Under the pieces are notes generated by a model, which saw only the letters and a list, made by a program, of their open reading frames with translations, ran no database searches and was not told where the DNA came from. Below, piece after piece: positions 1-13,129 of a stretch of DNA of 64,000 bases. Position 1 is the stretch's first letter. Every line of letters begins with the position of its first letter. The DNA is taken from contig NW_021833588.1 in the NCBI RefSeq assembly GCF_006345805.1, forward strand, positions 1-64,000, given 5' to 3'. Position numbers and translations under genes: made by a program. The DNA is from Octopus sinensis. Its lineage: Eukaryota.

Positions 1-164
1 TAATGTAATGTTTATAGTTGAATTTAGTAACAACTGTTAATGATCCTCCACTGGCATATTCTGTGGAATAAATACGTATGAAAACCAATCACCATTGAAA
101 TATGTTCCAGATCTTTAATTATGCCAAAAAACAGCAAAAATTTGGATGTCGTAATTATTCCAAA

Positions 165-2634
165 CTAGTCGGCAGCTCGCTCGCTCACGCGACCTAGCTC
201 CTGCGGAGGGCCTGTTTCATCAAACAACTATAAGTTATGTAGATGTATAAAACTACCTTGTTTAATGTAACCCTATTCTATCGCCTGTTGATAAACGATG
301 TTGTCGTCCGTCCTTCCTTGGCAATATGAATAAATTTTCTCTCTGCCTACCCTCGAGCATCCCACATACAGCTGTCCAAGTGAAAAGCACTCACTCTCTA
401 AAAATAACCCAACTACCTTAATGACTGTCCTGGGCCTTGTTTATTGTCATTGCAAAACTCATCCTCAAAGGAAATTGCAGCCTTTTAAATCTAAATGGTA
501 ATTCATCAGAAATTATCGAATTCGTGGAATATAAACATCCTCACCTCTATACTTACTGTTAATATCGTCCGCCTCTATTACGTAGCCATCAAATTTGATA
601 ACTAACCTCGTTCCGTTGCATAATTTAGATGGCGCAAGATTTCGTAATATAACCACTGGAACGCCTATCTTTACTTTAAAAGATAATTCGGCATTCCAGA
701 GGGATCTAAGGAGTTTAAAAATTCAATCCGGTTGAATTTTTAGAAAATAACAAAAAAAAATAAAAAAAAACAAATAAAAATAAATAATTTAAAAACAAAA
801 AAATAAAAAAAACAAAAAAAACTTTAAAAATTTGTAAAATAGTATAAACAAAAAAATCTCTGCCGCCACGGCAACAACCTGTCTAATTTTTTAACAGCCA
901 ATTAAGATAATGCTTAAAAGCCTTTATAGTCCGGAGATTTAGCTTAGTGACCTTGATTAGACAAACCACTGGCGGAATGGGGCAGGCAGAAATGGACAGG
1001 CGGAGATGCGGCAGGCAGAGTAGCAGCAGCCAAAAAAGCGACACACAAAAAAGATTAATTAATTACCTTAAGCTGACCGTTTTTTCTTCAGCTTCGTTTT
1101 TCCTACTTCGGTTATCTATTTAAAAAATTATTTTTGAATAATAAAAAATATTTGGAAAAAGAGGCATACAGAAAATAAATTCTATCTTTACGAAAAACTT
1201 CTTTTCTTAAGGTCGTCTTCCCTCTTCGGTTATCTATTGAAAAAATTATTTTTGAATAATAAAAAAGTTTAGGAAAAGAGGCATACCGAAAATAAATTCT
1301 AGCTTACGAAAAACTTAACTAAATAGTTAATATTTTTTACGCAAATTCTTCTGATGGCGCTGTCAATTGGTGGTAAATTGTGTTAATGATTGTGCTAATG
1401 TGGTTTCAACTATCAAAGTGTTTTTCAAAATCTGTTAATTGCACACTCTATTCAAGGTCGTGCGTCAATTGGTGGTAAATTGTGTTAATGATTGTGCTAA
1501 TGTGGTTTCAACTATCAAAGTGGTTTTTCAAAATCTGCTAATTGCACACTCTATTCAAAGTCGTGCAATCTGTAATTGCACATTCTGTCAAAGTCAAATA
1601 TGATAATAGCTTTAATTTTGATTCATGTCGATAATGGTATATGCATTTAATTTTAAAGAGAAAAAACATAGGATGAATTGAATTTCTTTCTCGCGAATAA
1701 TTAGGAGTTCATCAGTGCTAATATTCTCGCTGTCGTTTTCATCAAGGATATTCTTAATACGTGAGATTTTTGCCTCGAAGGTTTTAATGGACCTCATCAT
1801 GAATGTCGAGGACATTAACGTGTTCATTTTAATCAAATGCAGAAAATAATTTTTTGATTTTTGGCGGGAAGGTTTCAAGGACCTCATCATGTAAGTCGAG
1901 GACATCGTAGTTGTTCATTTTAACCAAAATGCAGAAAATTTTTTTTAATTTTTTTTGGGGGGAAGGTTTTAAGGACCCCATCATGTAAGTCGAGAACATC
2001 GTAGTGTTCATTTTAACCAAAATGCAGAAAATTTTTTTTAATTTTTTTTTTGGGGGAAGGTTTTAAGGACCCCATCATGTAAGTCGAGGACTTCGTAGTT
2101 GTTCATTTTAACCAAACTTCAGAAATTTTTTTTTAATTTTTTTTGGGGGGAAGGTTTTAAGGACCTCATCATGTAAGTCGAGGACATCGTGTTGTTCATT
2201 TTAACCGAAATGCAGAAAATTTTTTTTTAATTTTTTTTGGGGGGAAGGTTTTAAGGACCTCATCATGTAAGTCGAGGACATCGTAGTTGTTCATTTTAAC
2301 CAAAATGCAGAAAATTTTTTTTAATTTTTTTGGGGGGGAAGGTTTTAAGGACCTCATCATGTAAGTCGAGGACATCGTAGTTGTTCATTTTAACCAAAAT
2401 GCAGAAAATTTTTTTTAATTTTTTTTGGGGGGGAAGGTTTTAAGGACCTCATCATGTAAGTCGAGGACATCGTAGGGTGGAAGATTCTTGGAGGAGTTCA
2501 TGATTTTAAGCTTGTTCCCCATTATTGGCAATTATAAGGGGGAAAGATTTTGACAATTTATCTGTACTTTGCCAATTTGAAATTGTGTGCACACACAGAA
2601 GACAGACACACACCATACCATTTTATTATTGAGA
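165..2634 (-). mobile_element. Non-autonomous Helitron, copy 1 (PIF1 helicase C-terminal remnant, 95-bp tandem array, GACA microsatellite)
   Basis: Minus strand starts TC (TCTCAATAATAAAATGG) after A and ends CTAG before T. About 280-735 is a frameshifted PIF1 helicase C-terminus ([13 protein letters not shown] motif). Homologous along its length to 27659-29945 and 56139-58870. Confidence 0.9.
1790..2475. repeat. ~95-bp tandem array inside Helitron copy 1 (~8 units, one terminal unit diverged)
   Basis: Unit GGACCTCATCATGTAAGTCGAGGACATCGTAGTTGTTCATTTTAACCAAAATGCAGAAAA-T(n)-AA-T(n)-G(n)-AAGGTTTTAA recurs every 90-96 nt. Confidence 0.95.
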
Positions 2635-3170
2635 TGAGACCTTTTGAGTTATTTAAAATATTTAACCTCCTTGATGGATGAAGAAGTCAAATCGTCTTTC
2701 AGCCATTTTACTTCTTTGATTGCGACCATTTCATTTGTTTTGAGAATCTTTCCCTATAAAAATAAGATTACGATTAACAAAAACCAATATACTTTTCCAT
2801 ATTTTCCTTCACCGATAGCTTGTCATAAAAATTTCGTTTTTCCAAAGTAAAAAATATTTTGTGAGATACTTGTTCTGTGTAGCTTTTTATCTATAATCAG
2901 ATCGTTCGTACTCCATTTTTTTCTAAATTGAATAAATTATTTTTACTTTTTATTTACATTTCTTATTATTGTGAAATGATAAGTTTAATAACACAAATGC
3001 GGTATTTTAATTATTTATCAATCCGCATCGAGATACAAAAAGAGGACATTAATTTTTTTTTTTTTTTTTTTTTTGGGGGGAAAAATAATTCACATTATAA
3101 TTTGCTAATGTTGTAAATAATTTTACTATTTTAAAGCAAGCATGGTTCAAATATAAAACATCATTTTCTC

Positions 3171-4054
3171 GTCACATGGGTGACTATGTCGCTATGGGCA
3201 GCCAGTCCTTTTACGTGTTTCTATGGAAACCGCAGAAAAGGTATTAAATATTGAATATAGCAATTTATATATGGAAGAGTGTAGATTAATCAATTATTCT
3301 AATTTAAAATTACATTTGAATTATCTTTTAAAAATGGCTTACCAAAAGTATATTAATTTTAACAGCGTGGTTACTCACACTTTGTGATGTCTGGGTTTAA
3401 GGGTTACGCCAGAAATATTAACGAATACAATCAAATTAAGGAAGCGTTAATCGGGATATTCCCGGAGGATATGAATGCTCGAAGCAAACACCGGTTGGCC
3501 AAAAAGGCTTCAATTTTTGTCAAAAATGTCTGAAGAATCGTCAGCAGAAACATCATTTAATTTCGAGTTAGGGTTTGGGTTAAGGTTAGGGTTAGATTTT
3601 GAATATTTATGTTGTCACTTGCCAACGTTAGGGTTTGAGAAACATCATTTAATTTCGAGTTAGGGTTACGTTAGGGTTTGGGTTAAGGTTAGGGTTAGAT
3701 TTTGAATATTATGTTGCCACTTGCAACGTTAGGGTTTGGGTTAAGGTTAGAGTTAAAGTTGTTACAAACTTTGCAAAAAATTTGATGTAAATTATAATTT
3801 GCTAATGTTGCAATTTATATTATCAAAAATAAAAATAATTCACATTATAATTTGCTAATGTTGTAAATAATTTTACTATTTTAAGCAAGCATGGTTCAAA
3901 TATAAAACATCATTTTCTCAAAAATTTAAAGTTCAATCATTAGTTCGCATCGTTTGTCTTTATATCAGTAGGCCTTTTAGTAAATATTGCTATGTAGTTG
4001 CCATGGAAACACGTAAGACCAGGTGCCCATAGGGGTCTGATCACCCATGTGACA
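3171..4054. mobile_element. TIR element (GTCACATGGG...CCCATGTGACA) with internal TTAGGG-like tracts
   Basis: Imperfect ~55-bp terminal inverted repeats. TTAGGG/TTTGGG/TTAAGG runs at ~3568-3750 lie in ~90-bp internal duplications. No clear TSD; the left flank 3085-3170 duplicates internal 3832-3920. Confidence 0.6.
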
Positions 4055-4479
4055 TAATACAATTCCAAATTCAAACTAATATTAGAAATATTAATCTTTG
4101 TAAAAATGGCTCTCGAATCGATAGATTCGAATATATTAATAAAGTATGCTAAAAATAGTCTCTCAAATGACTAAAGTTGATCAGAACAATAGGTAATCAT
4201 TAATCATTTGTCCCTATCATTTCATCACATCAGAGAATTTTGTACTATAAAATGTACGCTATGATCCATTAATTAGCGATACTATGTTACTTTCCGGATT
4301 GACCAAATTAATAAATTTGGGCACATAAGAAAGTACAGCTAAGCACAAAAAAAACATGTGACATTTATTTTATTATATATTTAGTAATAAATTATAATTA
4401 AAATTTTACAATATAAACCAACTATATTCAAAACTAACTAAACAATATTTAAATACAAAAACTTTCCTATAATTTAAGT

Positions 4480-4575
4480 TTAAGAGAGGCCGACTGACTC
4501 TAGAATGGAAAGGAAACCTGCCGACACAAGAGCCCTATCGACAAGGTCGTTAAGTTGATTACGGGGAGGAATTTT
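4480..4575 (-). pseudogene. Tiny internal fragment of a CRE-like non-LTR retrotransposon
   Basis: Translates NQLNDLVDRALVSAGFLSILESVGL, resembling the RHxxLNDIIxRAL region upstream of the REL endonuclease. Confidence 0.55.
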
Positions 4576-4884
4576 ACAAGCACTATTGTTACATTCCCAT
4601 ATTGAAAATATTTTTATTTCCAATCTTTAAAATTTTTTGGCGAATTTTGCAATAATTTAGTTTTCTTCATCGACCAAACATGTTTAATTCGGTAAAGTCA
4701 GGTGATTGAGATGCCCATGCGAAAGTTTTATATTAAATCATGCATTATATTTGTTGGGTGGTTAGTTTTGTTGTTAATATATTTTCTTACTACTCGCAAA
4801 GTCTGGCAAAAGCATTATCTTGCTGCAAAATAAAGAGTTTAACTCCATTTAATTTAATGTTTTACTATTTCTTACTATTTTAAC

Positions 4885-5250
4885 GACTTGTTCAATATAA
4901 CAGATGACGTCCTCGTCCTAGACACCTCAAAGGACGCGACTTCAGTAAGAAGGCTTGCCACCTACATTGAAGTGATAAAGGAGTGGTGCACCAGTAAGCG
5001 GCTCTCGTTAGCAATAGACAAATCCGCTTATCTACGAATTAACACGAAAAAGTCACCAAATCAAAGTCCCGGGCCTCTAGCTGAAATTGACTGCCCCAGC
5101 TGCATATGATACCTGGGGCTTACAATAAACGCTAACCCGAGTTACTGTCTGCATGTGAAGAAAAAGAGAGCAAAAGCAATTGCTCTAGACAGCAAATAGA
5201 CGTTTCTTCAGAAGAGCTCGACTGCCTAGAGCAGTCGTCTCGTTGTATCA
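4885..5250 (+). pseudogene. Non-LTR retrotransposon RT C-terminal fragment
   Basis: TDDVLVL ... EWCTSKRLSLAIDKS ... YLGL, i.e. the RT YADD-to-KYLG region, with a stop codon. Confidence 0.7.
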
Positions 5251-5657
5251 GACGTCAAAAATTTATTTTACTGTCTCAGTTTTTACAATAAAATTCTGTT
5301 TGTCTTCAAAATGATAGATTAATTAACAAGTAATGTTCAAAACAATAGACTTTCGTAACTTGATTAATATAAAATGAGATCGGTTTGCCGTTCGTTAAAA
5401 TGCTCGGTATCTAAAGATTGTACTAATTCACGATTGTGAAAATAAGTCAAAATTTGGACAACGGGAAATATTAATCGGTTCAATCACCTAAAAATTAAAC
5501 AAGGTTCAAATAGATAGAAAACGATTTTATATGGTTTCTATATCCTTTAAAGATTTATGAAAAAGTGGTCTGACAAATGCAACTCTGAATAGATTCTTTT
5601 AAAACCTACCAACCTACTATAACAATCAATGCCAGTTAAAATCCATAAGGCAGCACT

Positions 5658-6200
5658 CTAGTAAGTGATCCCGTCTGATAAAGTTAAAAGCATTAGATGC
5701 GTCCAGTTTGACCATGATAAACTCCTTGGAAGATTCTTACAGCTCACGAATGGATGGGTCGCGGCCTCGCAACCATTGGAAACCCCGACACCAAGTTGAG
5801 CGGGCACAAAGTTTGGAGACAAACAGGGGACAAACAGCATGACAGAAAGCTTAGCGAAGAGCCTCCGAAAAACATTTCCCACAGCGATAAGTCTTACGCC
5901 GTTTTCCTTCTTCCCGAGGGCAGTAGGGGTTGCAGAAAAAAGATACCGCGAGCAAAATCAGGAAGCGAACTAGAGATAACACGGTTAAAGAGATTGGTAA
6001 TTAAGCGTAATAGTTTCCGCCCAGCTTCTGCGGTCATAGGAGAAGTCAAGTCTTTTAGATGACCGGGTGTCAAGCCATTTACCCCACCGCTGCTGTCTGA
6101 AGAAAAACTCCTCAGGGTTTTCAGCACGACGGCTTCCGTGGCAACGAAGGGATTGAAAGCAAGGGAGCCAGGGGACGGCTGAGAAAAAAAAGAACTTGTT
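5658..6200 (-). pseudogene. CRE-clade retrotransposon RT fragment
   Basis: SGGVNGLTPGHLKDLT, GNVFRRLFAK and QLGVGVSNGCEAATH motifs across frameshifted ORFs 5894-6127 and 5658-5882. Confidence 0.8.
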
Positions 6201-6399
6201 GAAGCGTTAATTACGTTGCGCGCTGTTGTTGTTCTCTAATCTTCCAATTCTTTTTCTAATTTCCTTTCATATCAATTCTTATTCGTGTTGTTATTTTATT
6301 TTACCAAGTCAATTGTTTTTCTGTCTCTATCATCCCTTCTTATTCTTTTCTCCCAGTAATCCTTTCTCAATCTATTACCTATTTCGATCTTGTATTTCT

Positions 6400-6700
6400 T
6401 TATGCATTTTCCTAATCCTATTCCCAATCCTGTTCCACTCTGCATCATCTGCAACGTGGTTAACAAAAAAAGAGAGACCGACCTTGCTCTTCTTGCACGC
6501 AGTTCTTTCATGCGTTTCTCTAACTCGCCGCAGTTCAGAACCCCTTCCAACCTGGGTCTGTCGCGCCTGCCTTTCTGGCGCCTCATCATTGCCAGCTGGC
6601 TCTTCCAGCGAATCTCTGTCGCCGTGCTCCGCGGAAACTACCACTCGATACGCAGCGCGGCGTCGTTGAGCTGACCTCCAGGCTTCATCTATCGCTCTAC
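6400..6700 (+). pseudogene. CRE-like retrotransposon 3' end (REL endonuclease tail)
   Basis: WLFQRISVAVLRGNYHSI motif, then a stop and short 3' UTR. Confidence 0.75.
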
Positions 6701-6870
6701 TCATTTTCCTTCAATAATTCATTAACTTTCTTGTTTCCTTTTTTTTTATTAATTGAAAACAAATATAAAAAGAAACTAATTTTAATTTATATACATATTT
6801 GCTATTAAAATTAAAATTAATTATATAAAATTCATTGGAAGCCTCGTGTAATTTTTGTATTCTTGTTGTT

Positions 6871-7540
6871 ATGGCTCGTAAGCTTAGTCTTGAGTTAAAG
6901 ATCAAAATTGCCAAGGAATTAAGTGAAAATAAACATCTTACTGAACGAGATATTGTAGATAAGTACAAAATTAGTAAAGGTTTTTATTAATGTAATTTTT
7001 AGGCGCTGTGTCACGTATTAAAAAAAATTATCTCAATTTTTTTAATACTGGGGCTGTTTTAAACAGATTTTCCCAGAAATATTCAACGCTCTCCTCATAC
7101 TTTATCCCAAAAAATGGTATAATAAATTGTTTTTGAGGCTTTCACCAAGACAAGGGAAGAATTTATTCCTGTGTCCGGTCCTCTTTAAAAAATATTGCTT
7201 CCAAAGTAGCAAGGATGTTGAATTATTCGGCGTTCAAAGGGTCCAATGGTCCAATTTTTTAGTTAACAGTGAGAAAGAAAATTTGGACACGATAATTGCA
7301 GACGACGTAATTGTGAAAATGAAGAAGAAAATAATGATGAGTCAATATATGACCAAACTGAATGCAACTGTTCACACTTGGACACTGATAACAGCAATGA
7401 ATAACCTTGAAGAGAATATTCACCGTTTGTTTCCCGATGCGTTAAAAGACTATTACAATTTCAGAAAAATATTGGGCATACATATGAAGAAATCTGCAAC
7501 AGGAAACAAAATAACAGATTATTTTCGTGTAATAGAATAA
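6871..7540 (+). mobile_element. Internally deleted pogo/Tigger-like transposase remnant with a 23-nt intron
   Basis: N-terminal HTH-like MARKLSLELKIKIAKELSENKHLTERDIVDKYKISK/GAVSRIKK with GT..AG intron 6980-7002; C-terminal KITDYF motif typical of Tigger-like proteins. Confidence 0.55.
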
Positions 7541-7635
7541 AATTTTTTTCTACTTGAAAAATACTCTAATTATCAATAAAATTAGTGGGAAAACATGTTT
7601 AAATGTTCTTAAAAATACTTTATTTATTTATAAAT

Positions 7636-8790
7636 TGTCACCGGCTTGAAGGGACCCCCACGCTTGAAGGGACGTACAGAATTAAAAGGCAAAAAAAAAT
7701 AACAGACATAAATTATATGTAAAAAAATGTATTTAATTATTTTATAATAATTTTAAGTTTAATTTTTTTTTTTTTTTTTTTTTTTTCTTTTTATTTTATT
7801 ATTAGATGAAAAGAAAATGGAACAAGAAGTCAGCTACTAGCGCGCAGAGAGAATAGAGAAACTGTTCCCCTGAGTACGGCTATTGAGACGCGCTCAAAAA
7901 GCCGATTGACCTCACGGGGGTCTTTTCTAATCCTCGAGGTGACGGCCTCTCTCGGTGAGAAAACGTAGCGTGGCTGGGCCGAATGTGCCTGATGTTTCGA
8001 CTGAAACAGGCACAAAGAGGAATCTGTCGGCGAATGGCTTGTCTAAAATTTTATTATTTTAGAATGGCTTGTCTAAAATTTTATTTTCAAATATCAAGCG
8101 TGAAGGGACCCACTTTGAACTAAAAAGGCAAAAGTAAATGGCAGACGTAAATTATATGTAAAAAATAGTATTTTAATTATTTTTGTAATAATTTTAATGT
8201 TTAATTTATTATTTTAGAATGGCTTGTCTAAAATTTTATTTTTACAAATTATGACATGCAATGCGACAATTAAAATATAGGGTTAGGGTTATGGTTAGGG
8301 TTATGGTTAGGGTCATGGTTAGGGTTAGGTAACATCTACATCTACGAAGTGGTGGAAATACTATAAAATCTGAAACAACTGAAGAGATCTTCGAAGAAAA
8401 TGACAGAAATATCTGCATAATTCGTACATTATAAATTGACAATTTTATTTTTATAAATGGGGTTACCATTGGTTACTTTACCTTAAAAATAAAATTAAAA
8501 AGGTTTCTGAAGGATTTTAATATAATTTTGTTTTTAACTATATTTAATTGGCTTTGTAAATTGTAATGACATTTATTTGAAATATTTATCATATTATTTA
8601 TAATTATTCTATTTATTTTTCTGAAATTAAAACAGTACTAATGTGATTATAATTTTACTAATCTAGAAATATTTTGGGGCCACGCAAGTATGTCAGCATT
8701 CCCCTTTTGGGTATTTCATTTATTAAGTGTATGAAATATCTAATAAGGGTAGGGTCCCATTTAGCCTGGGGGCCTTCCATGCCTGTGACA
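7636..8790. mobile_element. Non-autonomous TGTCAC...GTGACA TIR element (Ginger-like) with TTAGGG tract and a captured CRE fragment
   Basis: Imperfect ~40-bp TIRs; 5-bp TSD TAAAT (7631-7635, 8791-8795); TTAGGG/TTATGG array ~8279-8330; CRE 3' fragment FERVSIAVLRG at 7830-8015 (-). Confidence 0.75.
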
Positions 8791-8999
8791 TAAATTAATG
8801 AAAAATATGCTAAAACTATTAAAATTTTTATAAAAATAAAGAAAATTTCAGACCTCCATTTTTGGGGAAACCTCTATTTTTGGGGCAATTTTTCAAAATT
8901 GATGCCCCAAATGGAGGTTATACTGTATTAAGATTTCTTCTTTATTAAAAAAATATTTGTACACAAGTTATTTTACAAACCGATAACGGAAAGGAATTT

Positions 9000-9314
9000 A
9001 AGAATTCCCATCTTAATGAAATTTGCAAAAATGGATGAAAAAAGTGACATAGAGAACTACATGACTTGGACATAGTTTTTGCCGCCAATAGTACAAGAAC
9101 AAAGGCTGTCCAGTACTCTGATGTTACCGAACAAAAAATGCTCAAAAAACATATGGAAAAATTTAAAATTGGGGAAAAAGTTGTTCGAAGAGTTAAAACA
9201 GACAAAAATAAAAGGACCCGAAAGCGGTCTCTAAATGAGCACCTGGATACAGGAATATACTATGTCAAAGGATTCTCACCTACTGGCATGGTGATATTGG
9301 AGCCTGAAGAATAA
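9000..9314 (+). pseudogene. rve-integrase (Ginger-like) C-terminal fragment
   Basis: STRTKAVQYSD...FKIGEKVVRR...KGFSPTGMVILE, closely similar to 63142-63450. Confidence 0.7.
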
Positions 9315-9959
9315 TATGAAAAAAGTCCTTTTTTATCTATTTACGATAATGGAAAATCCAGTGAATATTAAAATGACACATGGAAAATTTACTTTCAAAT
9401 GACGACGACCTCAATGAGGCCCGCGAACAAGAATATAATAAATTCTGGAGAAAAAAATGTTGCAACGAAGAATGTGGAGATTTGACGAAGAATCCAATGA
9501 AATTAGAGCCCAGGTACTACAACTAAGATTGAATTTTTCTTAATTTAATTTCAAGACAAGATAGCGATGTAAACATTCGAAAAATTCCTTTATTTGAGGA
9601 GTTGAAATAAGAAAATTCAGAGTTCTGGAAAAGGAAACAATATACAAAATAGATAGCACAAATGACAATCCCATTGGTTATGCAGATGCACTTAAATATT
9701 TGGAAAATATTGAAAAATATTTTTTGCAAGAATCTGTGAACATATTCACCTAATTACAAATTTGAAAAATATATTGGCAAAATTAAAAAGAAGGAACCTA
9801 AAATTACCGATTACATGACACATTTTTAATTAAACAATTTTTTTCGTTAAATTCATTTAACGAATGCTCAATTTTCATTTTCGTTAAATGAATAGTCTAC
9901 TGTATATAAGAAGATAGGGAGATAATCGAAGGAGTGAAACCCATTCACGATTCTTCCCA

Positions 9960-10400
9960 TTCCCCCCGTTGTACTTGAACCTCCTTTAAGGAATAAATCT
10001 GAACGTACTAACCTTCGTAATAAAGTCCACGCCAAGCTTATGAAAAATGATGTTAAAGCAGCTGTCCGCCATGTGGCTTCCGATGACATTGTTCTACCTC
10101 CGTTGGAAGAGCTTCTCGAGTCACTCAAACTTAAACACCCGGCTGCCCCCACCGACCTCCGTGCTTTGCCAGTCCTCTCTGGAACCCCTGATCGTATCCC
10201 GGAAGTACTCAGGAACCAACTCAGTCAGGTTCAAGAGGTCGAATCTGCCGTTCCACGAGGCACTTATGACCGAATTGTGAAGAAGCTTGGCTCCTCGCAA
10301 TTATCGGAGGGACCATTATGTGGGGCGATAACACAGGAAGAGGTTGAAAAGGCAATTGCTGGGTTGAAGAACAATACCCCTCGCGATAGTACGCTCTAAT
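9960..10400 (+). pseudogene. CRE-like retrotransposon fragment (pre-RT region)
   Basis: GC-rich island; NDVKAAVRHVASDD...LKLKHP...AITQEEVEKAI motif. Confidence 0.55.
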
Positions 10401-10610
10401 TCTTTCTCGATCGCGTCGGCTTCCCGTCCATGAAGTTTAGTTTCGGATTACTTTTTATGTATAAAAATGAAATAGGTAAAAAATCGAAGGAGTTCATCAT
10501 TCGAAATTATCTAAAATTGAATAATTTATTAAATTTATAATAAATTTCAAATAAATAATAAATTTGCAATATTAAAATTATTTTTTTAGAAATAAGTAAA
10601 TGAAAGAAAT

Positions 10611-12636
10611 CAGGGTTGTTAAATTTAAATCATTTGATTTTAATCAACAATAAAAATCAATGATTTAAATCATTAAAAAAAATCAAAAAAATCATTTAAA
10701 TTTTTTTAAATGTCTGGAAGAAAGCGTGATTCTTTGTGGGCTTATTTTGATAAACGTATTATTCCTGGAAAGACCGGAAGCCGTGCCAGATGTCGTAATT
10801 GTGGGAAGGACATACAAGGTCTTGTATCTCGGATGAGGCAGCATCATTTATTATGTCGAAGTAATATTGATATCCCTGAAAATATGCCGAGACCTGAAAG
10901 CGAATTTCCTCCAAGGATGAAGGACCATTCATTAATCAATTTCGTAACTACGACGACTTCATCTAAGAAAGATTTGATGGATCTGCAACTCGCTAGATAC
11001 ATATTTTCTACAAACACTCCGTTTGCTGCTGTAGAACATCCCGAATTTGTCAAATTCGTCCAAATGCTTCTTCCTGGGTATCGATTACCCTCTCGTCATC
11101 AAATTGGTGGTACATTACTTGATCATGTGTACGACCAAATACATGAAGACTGTCGACAAAGACTCCAGGACAAAACAGTGTCTATGATGTTGGACGGGTG
11201 GAGCAACATTCATAATGAACCCGTTATTTGTGTCTCGGTTGTGACATCATCAGATGGGGAAAATGATGATGACATCAGATGGGGAACCGTGTTTGGTTTC
11301 GTGGCTGGATTAGCCGGCTTCAGAGGGAGATCCGAAGAGAAATCCGCGAACTCGAAAGTTCGCGGTGGGAGAGGGCCTGCCGAAGGGTGGACCCTCGCTT
11401 TCCGGACTTCTGGAAGCAGTTGAAGAGCCTGTCGGGGAGAAGGGGGGCTAAGTCAGTGCGCCTTAAACGCTCTGATGGAACCCTCGCTTCGGACCCGGTT
11501 GAGGTGGTTGAAATACTTTCAGCCCATCTCAATGACATCTCGGGAACTGACGGAAGTCAGTTCGTAGAGACATCGTCCTTTGATACTGTCCAGCAGATAT
11601 TGTCGTGGGACAAGCGCTGCCAGCTGGATATATCAATGGACGATGCAGGCGAAATTACTGAAGCGGAGATTCTGGCAGCAATCTCCCGAAGTAAGAACAC
11701 CGCGGCGGGCTTGGATCGGATCCCGATGGCCATCTTTAAGAAGGCCCCGCCGCGGTTAATCACTGCGCTAAAGGTTTTATTTAACGGGAGCTTGCGACTT
11801 GGGATGATTCCTTCCAGGTGGAAAGTAGCTGAGGTGATCCTTATCGGAAAACCCGGGAAGCCACATGATGTCCCCGGGGATATAGGCCCATTTCCTTGCT
11901 CCCCGCGATATCTAAAATCCTAGAAAGAATTATGCACCAAAGGCTCCTAGAGGGGCTGATGGTGGCAGACGCCCTCCCTGAGTTCCAATGGGGCTTCAGG
12001 GAGGGCCGCTCATGCGGGGACTGCCTTCACAAGGTGTCGTCTAGTATAAAGAGCGCCCTCCAGAAAAGGGAATGCGGTATTTTGAATAGTCTCGACATTG
12101 AAAAGGCCTTCGACTCGGTGTGGCACTGAAATGGTAATCTATGCAGAGAAAAGGGAATGCGGTATTTTAGTTTAATAGCAGCGCAGTTGCTTCGACAGGT
12201 GGAATAGAAAGAATCTTTTCAACATTCGGATTTCTACATTCAAATGTACGCAATAGGCTGGGGATCGAAAAAGCAGCCAAACTTGTTTCCATTTACAAGC
12301 TTTTAAATAAATAAAAACGATTTCCATTGTTTTTTATTTTAGTTCGCTTTGAAATATTTTTTTATTTATTAACCCGAAGACCACAAAGAAAGAAAGCGTA
12401 ATGCAAACTAGTTAAGTGATCCCGGTGGACATAAGGAACTACGATAGATCGTTCTGCGTGGCCGTTTTTCAGTGTTTATGTACAAAGAGAGAGGTTCTCT
12501 GATAAGCCAGGTGGAAAGGGTCGTTTTGAAATAAAGATCATTTAATTCAAAAAAATCTGATTTAAATCAAAAAAATCGTGATTAAATCAAAAAAATCAGA
12601 TTTTTTTGAAAAAAATCATGATTTTTAACAACCCTG
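10611..12636 (+). mobile_element. hAT transposon with BED finger; core replaced or interrupted by a LINE fragment
   Basis: TIR CAGGGTTGTT...AACAACCCTG; 8-bp TSD AAAGAAAT; ORF from 10710 with BED finger (WAYF..CRNC..HH); dimerization tail ASTGGIERIFSTFG...RNRLG at ~12190-12310. Confidence 0.9.
11273..12128 (+). pseudogene. Jockey/I-like LINE RT N-terminal fragment inserted in hAT
   Basis: AAGLDRIP, WKVAEVILIGKPGK, QWGFREGRSC and LDIEKAFDSVWH; a related copy lies at 59500-60160. Confidence 0.9.
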
Positions 12637-12644
12637 AAAGAAAT

Positions 12645-12850
12645 TAAAGGAACTAAATCTAAAAATATCACAAAAAGTATAAATAAGTAAAAAAGGAGAT
12701 TAAAAGAACAAAATCGAAAAGCATCACAAAAATTATAAATAAGTAAAAATGGATATTAAATGAACTAAATCGAAAAATATCGCAAAAAGTATAAATAAGT
12801 AAAAAAAAAGTAGATTAAAGGAATAAAATCGAAAAATATCACAAAAATGA
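12645..12850. repeat. ~57-bp AT-rich tandem repeat, about 4 units
   Basis: Recurring ATTAAAGGAACTAAATCGAAAAATATCACAAAAAGTATAAATAAGTAAAAA-like unit. Confidence 0.75.
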
Positions 12851-13129
12851 TGAACTTTCAGATAATTAAATCATTAAACGAAAATACATCTTAAATTATT
12901 CCTTCTGAATCCAATTAGGATAAAAAAATAAAATGTAGCAAAAAATTAAGAGAGCACCACAAAGTAAATCAACAGCGTGTTCACACGTGGCTTAATTTAT
13001 TAGGTATTAGGTTTGCCATTAAAAATTAAGATAATTGACAATAATTAATGAAAAAAACTTTATTTTTTATTACAAACCAGTTTTGAATGTCAGTAATTAT
13101 AGTAATTTTGTCACGTTGCATCATGTGGT

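Noticed and set aside
5658-6700. Second twin-priming inversion (minus CRE RT next to plus CRE 3' end)
   Set aside because: The pieces are not adjacent in element coordinates, an AT-rich spacer separates them, and no TSD was found
6226-6704. Four overlapping ORFs as overlapping genes
   Set aside because: Shadow frames of a GC-rich CRE fragment plus a low-complexity pyrimidine tract
8851-8928. GC-rich hairpin CCTCCATTTTTGGGG...CCCCAAATGGAGG as a structured RNA
   Set aside because: It ends in ACTG|TA and looks like the subterminal repeats of a truncated Tc1/mariner-like end (similar at ~21140-21212)
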